DNA of 64,000 bases, taken from positions 157,356,001 to 157,420,000 of the forward strand of contig OX597814.1 in the NCBI GenBank assembly GCA_951406725.2, read 5' to 3'. Shown piece by piece: positions 1-12,774 of this stretch. The notes under the pieces were generated by a model. It was not told the origin of the DNA and did no database searches. It was given only the letters and a program-made list of their open reading frames with translations. Made by a program: the position numbers and the translations under genes. Every line of letters starts with the position of its first letter. Position 1 is the first letter of the stretch. The DNA is from Octopus vulgaris (Eukaryota).

Positions 1-729
1 GTGGCTGTACCTGCGGACCCGTTTATTTCAGACTCCATTGAAGAATCATAGCTTAGGTGAGATCGAACAAAGGAATGTAATACCAATCCTTCATATCTGC
101 AGATTGAATAGCAAAATAAGTCCAACATCACCACACACACACCTCGATCCCCATATAACAATCATTCCTTCCTCTCTTCCCATCACCTTCCCTTCCTCCA
201 CGCCAAATATACACAGAAATACCCACTTAACCAACCTTTGGATAAACAACCTTTGGTAAACATCCATGAACGGCATATCGCCTGAAAAATTGAATCCATG
301 AAGTGTATCTACCCGATAAAGATCCACTTCATGAAGTACGGAGTGTGATCGTTAGACACGTGGGATGTATTCCCTCTCATGCACAGATTTTTTAATTAAT
401 GTTTTAAACTAAACACTTTGAAACTTCGGATACTGGGAGAATGTGTCATGTAGAAAAGGGTTTAATCTTAACGTTTTTGACAAAATTTTGTATTTTAGAA
501 GTTATTTCTTGTTAAATTGTCGTATTTGGGTAATTTTAACCAATCAATGACGTGTATCCACCTGAAGAAAATTATTGCTGCTGTTTGCCATCAACAACCT
601 CCGGGTCAATAGACAAAACGATGTATCTTCGACAACAGAAAAATTTAAACTGAAAATCTCCCCTAACAGAACCCTTCTTTAATAACCGGAGATGTTATTA
701 TAGCAACATATATGATAATGTGTGTGTTC

Positions 730-790
<61 letters not shown>

Positions 791-997
791 CACACACACA
801 CACATATATATATATACATACACACAAACATTAATAATAGGCAGAAATTACAGAGTGATGGCCAAATTCATGTTTGATAATTGTCAATACGTGAAACTCT
901 TAGCATTTGACTTACTCTCTAAATTCTGCCGAAGTAAATGAGCTAAATATAAGCATATGTACGAACTGCTAATTTAACCGTAAATGCCACAATAATT

Positions 998-1420
998 CTC
1001 TATATATATAAAACTGAGAATGTGTCTGTCTGTCTGTCTGTCTGTTTTTTTGAATACCTAAAGTTTGAGAACTACACAACCAATTTCATTCAAATTTTAA
1101 ACATGCCTTACTTAGGGTCCATTGAACTTTTTACCTAGAGTGAGCCCACAGCAATATCATATCTTCTCCACTAGTCCAGTATTACGTGTCAAAAGTGAAA
1201 CAAAAACATCCCTCTATTGTAATGTCACATGATTTCCCTTTAATATACTTTCACTTTAATACTGAAACTATTAAATTGAAACTTTTATATAACAGGGATA
1301 AACTGGACATCCATTACGCTAGAAGATCCGCTATGGTCTTATATGCTACACAACTGGTTTTAAATTCATATTAATCAAATTGATATTCAATTTTTCACCC
1401 TAATTATCTTAAATTTAAAT
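998..1420 (+). mobile_element. Non-autonomous Helitron-like repeat, 5' portion
   Basis: Starts TCTATATATATAAAACTGAGAATG(TGTC)n...CCAATTTCATTCAAATTTT...CTTAGGGTCCAT. A reverse-complement copy is at about 9180-9310. A TC start followed by a GTCT microsatellite is typical of non-autonomous Helitrons/HINEs. Confidence 0.5.
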
Positions 1421-1435
1421 TGGCATGTAGATATA

Positions 1436-1509
<74 letters not shown>

Positions 1510-1564
1510 TATACATTTATACATTTATACATATAGATAGATAGATGTATATATATATGTATAC

Positions 1565-1609
<45 letters not shown>

Positions 1610-1629
1610 TGTATATATATATATATAAT

Positions 1630-3390
1630 ATTGCTCGGTTTTCAGCAATCCTGATATGACTGATCTGGGCTGTATCAGTGATGTTACTCCCCAATACACT
1701 TTATCGGACATAACCTTTGGCGCTCCTGATGTCTTAGCAGCAATAAAGGAAATGAAGCATAATTCAGCAGTAGGTCCCGATAGGTTCCCTGCTTGTGTCT
1801 TGAAGATGTCTCAACACCAACTTGCACCCCCTCTAGCCAATCTGTAGCGGAACTCACTGGATGCTGGATATATACCAGAAGACCTTCTATCCCAGTCTGT
1901 TGTCCCAGTTTTCAAAAAAGAAAAGAAATCGCTTGCCGTGAATTACCGTCCAATCTCACTTACCTCTCACATCATTAAGGTATTTGAGAGAGTGCTGAGA
2001 TCGCGTATAACTCACTTCCTTGAGAGTCATAATATGCTGAATTCCAACCAGCATGGATTCCGTAATGGAAGAGATTGCCTGACGCAGCTACTGCATCATT
2101 TTGATGACATTTTGAGGGCCTTGGGAGAGGGTTCCAACACTGATGTCATCTACCTTGATTTCAGCAAGGCCTTTGACAGGGTTGATCATAAGATCCTTTT
2201 GAGAAAACTGTCCAATATTGGTGTTACTGGAAAGCTGCTGCAGTGGATCAAGTGCTTCCTGTCTAACAGAACCCAACATGTTGTAGTCGAAGGAGTCAAA
2301 TCCAGCCCAGCCAAAGTCAGCAGTGGTGTCCCACTAGGCACTGTGTTGGGCCCACTTCTTGTCATCATCAACATAAATGATATTACTGACACCATCAAAC
2401 ACAGTAACATCAGAACCTTCGCTGATGATTCCAAGCTCCAGAAGGTCATCAATGGCGTGGATGACCGAATAAGCCTTCAGTCAGACCTAATGGCTGTTGT
2501 CCAATGGGCGGAAAAGAACATGTTGCTAAACGAAGGCAAATTCGAACTGATCCACTTTGGAAGGGAGGACGCTCTGAAGCTTCCATACTCCCTTCCTTCT
2601 GGAGAAATTCTCATGGCGTCTAACAACATCAGAGACTTGGGAGTAACAGTGGACAACAACATAAGCTGGGCTACACATATAAGCAGCAAAGTTGACATGG
2701 CCCGCGGAATGTGTTCCTGGATTCTCAGAACCTTCCAGTCGAGACATTCCCACACCATTATCCATCTCTTCTCTACTTTTGCCCGACCCCACCTTGAATA
2801 CTGCTGTCCACTGTGGTCTCCCTACACAAAACAAAATATTATGAGAATTGAAGCTCCCCAAAGGTCAATCATAAAAAAGATAGATGGCATGTCAGACCTC
2901 GACTACTGGGGTAGATTAGAGAAGCTGAAACTGTATTCACTCCAACGACGTCGTGAACGCTACATTATCTGTATGATGTGGAAAATATTCCATCAGCACT
3001 TTCCGAATTATGTTGGCATCACCTTCAAAATACATCCAAGGCTTGGACCATGTGCCATCCGTCCACAACAAAAATCTAAATCGCATCACATAACGACAAT
3101 ACGGCACAATTATTTCACCTCAATTGGACCCGCTCTCTTCAACATTAAACCAGGACACGTCAAAACAGAAACTGACCACACAAATTTCAAGAAGTCTTTG
3201 GACAAATTCCTTCAAACAGTCCCGGACAAACCACCCACACCCAGATATGTCACCGCAAACAATAACTCTCTGCTCGAATGGGCCTTGGTGCCCAAATCCT
3301 GAATTGAAAGACTTCGCCAGGTGGTGCTGTTAAGTCAGACATGGCCTGGGCCAATACTGGCCAAAACCTTTCTAAGTTATTCTAAGTTTT
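1630..3390 (+). mobile_element. 5'-truncated CR1/L2-group LINE, RT domain nearly intact
   Basis: ORFs 1656-1847 and 1938-3302 are in the same frame, separated by one TAG at 1845-1847. Motifs [64 protein letters not shown]. Tandem tail TTCTAAGTTATTCTAAGTT; (TA)n on both sides. Confidence 0.92.
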
Positions 3391-3516
3391 ATATATATAT
3401 ATATATATACATCCATATATATATACACATATACATATATATATACATCTATATGTATACATCTATCTATCTATATATATAAATATAGATAGATAGATGT
3501 ATACATATAGATGTAT

Positions 3517-3578
<62 letters not shown>

Positions 3579-3585
3579 ATGTATG

Positions 3586-3619
<34 letters not shown>

Positions 3620-3728
3620 CATGTATATACCGGAGTAAACACATAAATGTGAAACAAGGTGGAAAAAAGAGTACTCAAATACCAGTAGTAGAGTAATATG
3701 CTTTATTTTAAGCAGCAGAAAATTCAAC

Positions 3729-3775
3729 AAAATCTGTTACTCTGAGTTTCTCGTTGCCGTTCATCAGACAGTTTT
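3729..3775 (-). ncRNA. Minimal type I hammerhead ribozyme in a Penelope-like pLTR
   Basis: Minus strand: AAAACUGU-CUGAUGA-ACGGCAACGA-GAAA-CUCAGAG-UA-ACAGAUUUU. Stem I pairs with one bulge, the core is canonical, stem II is weak, stem III is near-palindromic, cleavage triplet GUA. Confidence 0.8.
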
Positions 3776-5031
3776 TGCTAGAATGGAACCGAAATATAAA
3801 TTCAATCTAGACTCTTACAAACGCTACACCTTTAAAAACAATGGACTTGTTTGATTGGCCCTTTAGAAAAAACGGTCAATCTTCGAGCGATAAACAAAAA
3901 GGTCAAAAATATATGTATATATATATATAAACTTATAAAAATTATAAAATTCGAGGAAAAACCTTACATTGAATAAAATACATATTGACGTTAATGAAGA
4001 AAGTATAATTAAAGCATAGAAATTAAAACCTATTATAAATATTACTCTGCAATACGTATTTATATTAAAGTGTACATATATATATCAACATACACAGAAG
4101 GATGCGTGCAAACGCCATACATATACAGACGTATAAATATAAATCTAAAATATACACATAAATGCATGTGTACATATATGCACGCAATCCATCTCGCACG
4201 CAAGTTAAAATCATCTATGTAGCGATTCTCATATACTGAGTAAGGGGGACGTAAAGTTGCATCAGTATCAGTTGGAGAAAAAAACGAAAGAAAGGAAGAG
4301 AGAGAAAAAGGAACGAAGAAGGGGGAAGGAAAAAAGAAAAAGGAGGGGTGGGGAAAAAACGAAATAAGAAAAACTTATGCATACAAGCTGTGTAACGGCA
4401 TTATTGACATATATGGAGACAAGTATACAAATACACAAGTTCGAATGGATACATACACATACAGTCGTGTATATGTGTGCTTAAGCACAAACATACGCTC
4501 ACTTACACATACACAGATACGCATGCTTACAAATACATATCCATGGCTATACACATACTTATATAAAAATTCTAAGTTTTGACAACATTGCTTTTTTTAA
4601 AAAAAAAATGAGTGCAATAATAAAAAATATATACGAAAGACATAAAATAAAATATAACACCCTATTTTGGATCATCTATAAATAATCAAGGTAATCCTAT
4701 ACAATACAATAACATGAAATAAACAAAGTCGAAGGTTTTTCCTAATGTATATGTAGAAATATAAGACTTTGCTATACGGATTAAAATCTGCATGGCGTGA
4801 AACAAAATCCAGCGTAGCGTTTACATACTAGTTCAAGAGTCAAAATCAAAATTTCAAAAATCAAAAATACAAAATATAAAATATATACTCTATCCATATG
4901 GTATATTTATATTCGACATTTTAAATTTAGCCGCGTGCCTACATAAGTTCATTAGCTCACTTCTTTGATTCAAAGAATTATTGTCTTTGAATAAAATGTA
5001 CATTTTTTCTAATAGGCAAAGTTTGCACTTA

Positions 5032-5664
5032 GGTAAGGAATTATTGAGATTAGTCTCTAAGCATTTTAAGCAGGGTCATAAATTCTATAGGATATTTAAT
5101 AGAAGAACCCTGAAGGTTAGCTATTCTTGTTGCAGAAATTTCGCCTCTTACATTAGCCAGCATAATAGGAAGCTAATTGAGATTAGACATGGTGCTGAGC
5201 CCATTAAGAAATGCAATTACAAAAACGAAAGCTCCTGTCCGTTAGAAGGGAAATGTCTAGTGAAAGGAGTAGTTTATAGAGCCAAGGTGCAAGTAGAAGG
5301 CTCATCGGAATGCAAGACATACACAGGGGCTTCAGAAAATTCATTTAAAACACGATTTTATTCTCATAAAAATTCATTTAAATACCCAGAGAATAGGAAG
5401 AGGACCAGCCTAGCAAAATATGTCTGGGAACTAAAAGAAAAGGAAACCCCACCTTTCAACGTGAGATGGAGCATTCTGGACAGAGCGGCACCATACAGGC
5501 ATGGAGCATACAAAAATAATTTTAAGTGCAAACTTTGCCTATTAGAAAAAATGTACATTTTATTCAAAGACAATAATTCTTTGAACCAAAGAAGTGAGCT
5601 AATGAACTTATGTAGGCTCGCGGCTAAATTTAAAATGTCGAATATAAATATACCATATGGATAG
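5032..5664 (+). pseudogene. Naiad-type GIY-YIG endonuclease fragment
   Basis: GKELLRLVSKHF..HKFYRIFNRRTLKVSYSC, CPLEGKCL..VVYRAKV..YTGASENSFKTRFYSHKNSF, TSLAKYVWELK, CKLCLLEK, LNQRSELMNLCR. The first 17 aa of the listed ORF come from the inverted arm. Confidence 0.88.
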
Positions 5665-6780
5665 AGTATATATTTTATATTTTGTATTTTTGATTTTTGA
5701 AATTTTGATTTTGACTCTTGAACTAGTATGTAAACGCTACGATGGATTTTGTTTCACGCTATGCAGATTTTAATCCGTATAGCAAAGTCTTATATTTCTA
5801 CATATACATTAGGAAAAACCTTCGACTTTGTTTATTTCATGTTATTGTATTGTATAGGATTACCTTTATTATTTATAGATGATCCAAAATAGGGTGTTAT
5901 ATTTTATTTTATGTCTTTCGTATATATTTTTTATTATTGCACTCATTTTTTTAAAAAAAAAAGCGATGTTGTCAAAACTTAGAATTTTGATATAAGTATG
6001 TGTATAGCCATGGATATGTATTTGTAAGCATGCGTATCTGTGTATGTGTAAGTGAGCGTATGTTTGTGCTTAAGCACACATATACACGACTGTATGTGTA
6101 TGTATCCATTCGAACTTGTGTATTTGTATACTTGTCTCCATATATGTCAATAATGCCGTTACACAGCTTGTATGCATAAGTTTTTCTTATTTCGTTTTTT
6201 TCCCCACCCCTCCTTTTTCTTTTTTCCTTCCCCCTTCTTCGTTCCTTTTTCTCTCTCTTCCTTTCTTTCGTTTTTTTTCTCCAACTGATACTGATGCAAC
6301 TTTACGTCCCCCTTACTCAGTATATGAGAATCGCTACATAGATGATTTTAACTTGCGTGCGAGATGGATTGCGTGCATATATGTACGCATGCATTTATGT
6401 GTATATTTTAGATTTATATTTATACGTCTGTATATGTATGGCGTTTGCACCCATCCTTCTGTGTATGTTGATATATATATGTACACTTTAATATAAATAC
6501 GTATTGCAGTGTAATATTTATAATAGGTTTTAATTTCTATGCTTTAATTATACTTTCTTCATTAACGTCAATATGTATTTTATTCAATGTAAGGTTTTTT
6601 CCTCGAATTTTATAATTTTTATAAGTTTTTATATATATATACATGTATATATATAGATGTATATGTATAGATGCATTTCTATAGATATAGTTTTAAAATG
6701 TACACATATATATACACATATATACATGCATACATATATACGCCTATAGTCACACACACACACACGCACACACATACATA

Positions 6781-7460
6781 GGTGCAGGTGTGGCTGTGTG
6801 GTAATAAACTTGGTTCCAAAACATATCGTCCTGAGTTTAGTCCTCTGTTTGGTAACTTGGCATGTCTCTTCTGCTATAGCCGCAGACCAGCCGAAGCATT
6901 GTCAGTAGAATTTGTAGACAGAAACGGAAAAAACCCAATTGTATATATATGTATGTATATATGTGAGCCTAGGTGTGTGTCTTTGTGTTTCTCCCTCATC
7001 ACTACTTCACAACTGGTGTTCGTTTATTTACATCTCCATAACTTACTGGTTTCACAAGAAGAAACTGATAGAATAAGTACCATGCTCATCAACATAAAAA
7101 AGCACTAGGCATTGTCTCAAATTTTTGTTTGCCTACTCAGTTGTATGTATCAATTTATATTTGTGTGTGTGTGTTTGTGTGTATACATATATATATATAT
7201 ATGGGTTTCGTAGACAGGAACTGAAACAATTCAATCGTATATATATATATGTATGTATATATGCAAGTGTATGTGTGTGTTTTGTCTCTGTGTGTCGCCC
7301 TCACCAATGCTTCACAACTGCTGTTCATTTATTTACATCCCCATAACTTACTGGTTTCAGAAGAACAAACTAATAGAATAAGTACCAGGTTTATCAACAT
7401 AAAAAAGCCCTAGGCTGTGTCTCATATTTTTGTTTGCCCACTCAGTTGTATCTATCAAGT
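6781..7460 (+). mobile_element. Degenerate tRNA-derived SINE resembling octopus OR-type SINEs, with a duplicated 3' half
   Basis: A-box-like head GGTGCAGGTGTGGCTGTGTGGTAA, decayed B box, then CTTGG..TCTTCTGCTATAGCC..GTAGACAGAAAC. 6910-7150 is repeated at 7205-7460. Confidence 0.7.
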
Positions 7461-7508
7461 TATCTTTGTGTGTCTGTGCGTGCGTGCGTGTGTGTGTGTG
7501 TGTCTATA

Positions 7509-8931
<1,423 letters not shown>

Positions 8932-9179
8932 TTATAGATAAATTTCTTAATATACATATATATTAAGCACATGTAATAAATTTTAATTTAAGGGTTAATA
9001 TGTAATTGTAAATACCTTGCAACATTGCAACTGCTACGATGCTTATTAACTGATAATTGAACGGTAAATATGTACTACAAGATGATCTTAATTAAAAGTG
9101 AAACAATATTCACTTTTCACATGTAATGCTGAACCAGTCTAGACGAATGCTCCGAGCATGCATTAGGCAAGACATTGAA

Positions 9180-9294
9180 AACACTCCATGGACCCTAAGT
9201 AATGCATGTGTAAAATTTGAATGAAATTGGTTGGGTACTTCTCGAGTTTTAGGGATTCACACATACATACAGACAGGCAGCAGACACATATTCT

Positions 9295-9310
<16 letters not shown>
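9180..9310 (-). mobile_element. Helitron-like repeat 5' fragment, same family as 998-1420
   Basis: Reverse complement matches 1000-1125. Confidence 0.55.
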
Positions 9311-9349
<39 letters not shown>

Positions 9350-9359
<10 letters not shown>

Positions 9360-9727
9360 AAGGATGACCACTAAGTGGATATCTATTATGCTAGAAGTAG
9401 ACCCCCTATAGTCTTACCACTAAGAAAAGATTGTTCTGAAGAAAATTCAAGTGCCAGAGCGTAATCAAGCAAGACAAATGAAAAGATGCCAAATATTAAG
9501 ATTAATCGCAAACCCTATTTCATTGTTACCACTTACATAAGTGATAACAATGGAATCGGGTTTGTGATTAACCTTTATATTTTGTGTCTATTCATTTATC
9601 TTGCTCGCTTACGTTCTGGCGTTTGCCGAATTTTCTCGAGAACAATCTTTTCTTAGTGGTAAGACCATAAAGGGTCTACTTCTAGCATAATGGATATCTA
9701 CTTCGTGGTCATTCCTTCTTATATGTA
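9350..9727. repeat. About 380 bp imperfect palindrome (foldback/MITE-like)
   Basis: ACATATAAGAAGGATGACCAC...ATTATGCTAGAAGTAGACCC...TCTTACCACTAAGAAAAGATTGTTCT mirrors 9640-9727. The centre is CACTTA-CA-TAAGTG near 9536. Confidence 0.9.
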
Positions 9728-9845
9728 TGTAATATAAATTTTCTGAATCTTCAGAATTTTCAATATGCTAGGCCACTGGTTTTAAATTGATATTAATCAA
9801 ATTAGTATTCAATTTTTCAGCCTTATTATCTAAATTTATATATAA

Positions 9846-9907
<62 letters not shown>

Positions 9908-10735
9908 CACTGCGTGTATGTGGGTGTGTGTGTGTGTTTCCTCTATGCACGGCCAAAACGAGATTCTTTTCTATTTTACATGATGTGTATATATTTATTT
10001 TCCATCAGCCTCTAGTAGACCCTCTTCAAGGAAACCAATGTTCAAAGAATTGTTATGTATTTCTTTTCTATTATTATTTACCTTCCACCCATTCTGAATG
10101 TTCTTCTAATTGAAGCAGCATCAGTCATATCCCTAACTATGTTTTTGACATTTTGCTTTCCATATATTTCTTTCAGATTAATTTACGTTTCCCCTTAAAT
10201 GTGTTGTTGTTGCTGTTCTTGTTGTTGTGGAAGCTATGGTTAATCCTGATAGAATCTGATCAAAGGCATTTCCACCGTAATTATCTCATGTGTTTTAGTG
10301 CTTTCTAGAACATATATCATCTTATATGTTCTTTCTCTAAGACGAGGATGTGATTTCAGTGGAGTTTGGCTGTTCGTTATAGAAGGTCGAACGAACATAG
10401 AGAGATTTCAATTACACTTTTTTCTATTCAACGTAGATGACAGAAAATACATTTTAGGGTACTGTACAGTGAAATTAAACTCAAGATAGCGTCTTAACCG
10501 GGCAAATATTACCACTATATTATCATTCTATTGTATTCAAAGTATATGGCATAGCGTGCACACAGCATTTCTTAATTTAGTCATTTATTACAATATTATG
10601 GTTGTTTATTTCGTAACCTTGCATGCACAGTCATCTCTCACAGGTTCATTATACTTTCATTTTAATTACACTAACCTTCACACTCATATCATTGCTGGAT
10701 TTCTTTAATGAAATACCTCAAATTTATAAATGATA

Positions 10736-11998
10736 CGAGGGGCGTTCAATAATTAATGCCCCTGACCCACTTCCCATTGCAGTAGAGTAACGACACTTGG
10801 CACAGTTATTAGTCTTTTCCTACATAGGAACTACCCAGAGTTATGCATTTCTCCCATTGTTTGATACAGCCCTGGAGACCGTTTTTGTAGAAGACCCCAG
10901 CTTGGTCCTGCAACCACAACGTGACTTTAGAAATCAAGGCTGCATCATCTGGAAAACGCTTTCCTTTCAAAATCAACTTCATGGCTTGGAAGAGGTGAAA
11001 ATCAGAGGGTGCAAGGGGAGGATTTCATAGCTGCACGCCTGTGCTTCTGATCTGGCGACACGCGACTTGTGGACCGGAGCGTTGTCCTGCAGGAGGAGGA
11101 TGCCTTTGCTGATCTTGCCCCGCCTCTTGATTTTGATAGCTTCTCTTAATTTCCTCAAAAGTGAAGCATAATAGGCTCCTGTAATTTCTTTGCCAGGAAA
11201 CCTGTCATCACTAATCCGTCCTGGTCCCAGAAGACTGTGAGCATAACCTTGTCAGTGGAGGGCTGCACACTTGCCTTCTTTGGAGGAGGTGAGTCACGGT
11301 GCTTTCACTGCATTGACTGGGCTTTGGTCTATGGATCATAGTGATGGACCCAGGTTTTATCCTGTGTGATCAGTCTTTTGAAAAATTTTGACTCATCTTC
11401 TTGGCACATTTCCAAATTCATCCTCGAGCACTCAACGCGTTCTTACTTCTGGAAAGGTGTGAGCAACCTGGAAATCCATCTGGCAGACACCTTTTGCATA
11501 TGCAAATGGTCATGAATGATAGTTTCCACAGACCCGGTACTAATCTTGACCTTATGGGCTATTTGGCGATTAGTTATGCGTTGACCTTCCAAAATGGCAG
11601 CCTCAACTTGACGGACAGACGTCCCATCAACGGCAGAAGGGGGCGACCAGATCTGGGAGCTGTTTCCACAGAGTTCCGACTATGTTTGAATTCACAATGC
11701 CAGCGTTTTACAAGGTCATATGATGGGGCATCATCACCATAAGTTACTTTCATTTCATCAAAACTCTCCCGTGGTGTGCGTCCTTTCAAATACAAAAACC
11801 AGATCACTGCTCGACACTCAACAGGCTCCATTTCACACTTGACTCAGTTCAAACACCTGTGAATCAGAAACCACAATTAGTTCAGAGCTGTAATTTGCCA
11901 CTTCATCTATAGAGATATAAATAATTGCACATGCAAAATTTCAGCTAGGTCAACCAACTGCAAGTGGGTCAGGGGCATTACTTATTGAACGCCCCTCG
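10736..11998 (-). mobile_element. Tc1/mariner DNA transposon with intact TIRs and TA target duplications
   Basis: TA|CGAGGGGCGTTCAATAATTAATGCCCCTGACCCACTT ... AAGTGGGTCAGGGGCATTACTTATTGAACGCCCCTCG|TA; 1263 bp. Confidence 0.95.
10809..11831 (-). pseudogene. Disrupted mariner transposase
   Basis: RAVIWFLYLKGRTP..VKRW..PRSGRP, LLLQDNAPVH, LAPSDFHLF, QWEKCI. Contains frameshifts and lacks the HPPYSPD segment. Confidence 0.9.
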
Positions 11999-12774
11999 TA
12001 TTCTACTGTTCTCTTGTTCTATCTACAGACGTAATGTCTTTGCTGAAATCGAAAATAGTTGTGAACTGTTTCATTAGATTACCCCAAATATTTCACCATA
12101 AACTTCGGGAATATCTTGTAGTATAATATAACAAGGGACAGATACTAAGCTGTATTTACCAAATATTTCATCTCAAATTACATGATATGAAGAAAGCGAG
12201 AAAAAGAGAGAGTGAGACAGAGAAAGAGAGATAGATTGAGAGAGACAGACACACAGACAGAGGGAGAAAGTTAGCAATGAGTGCGTGCTTGCAGTTAAAC
12301 TAACTTTCTACTGTTGACCTAAATCCTTCAAACAAAAGAATCACTTAACCACGTATGCGTAGCAGGAACAACATTAACTAATCTTATACACGCACAACTC
12401 TAGGTAAGTTTTCAATAAACGAATAGATTATTGTTTCTAAGATGAGCACTAGGCCAGAAACAAGACCAAATACTGGTGTCTATTTTATCAATACAACTGT
12501 CGTATGTTTGCTTTTATGTAATAATATCTATTTCTTTTTCAATAGTTTTGTTTTTTTTGTGTCATTGTACATGTTGTCAATAGTTTATTTGCTATCGCCA
12601 ATATGTCTTACACATACTATTATACTACCATAAATATGCAGCTTACTAGTTTTTGTATCGCACGTTCGAGGTACGATATAACGGGATAATAATAACGTAT
12701 TAGCAAATCGTTCCACTCAAGATGCTAGTATTGACCCTCGACAATACGCTACTCTCGGCTTTTTCTCTGCTTAA

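Larger units (their letters stand above)
3628..6645 (+). mobile_element. Penelope-like element (Naiad-type), 5'-truncated, with a long inverted pLTR
   Basis: About 3915-5031 is the reverse complement of 5523-6645. The spacer plus right arm encode a GIY-YIG C-terminus. The left arm extends to 3628 and carries a hammerhead. Same family as 24455-26665. Confidence 0.88.

Noticed and set aside
9440-9460. CTGAAGA as a hammerhead core (also 562-568 and 9748-9754 minus)
   Set aside because: No matching stem II-GAAA-stem III-UH arrangement.
10437-12150. Possible upstream lectin exons after acceptor-like sites at about 10436 and 12028
   Set aside because: Candidate frames contain stops and lack convincing donors. 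Cannot be supported without cDNA.
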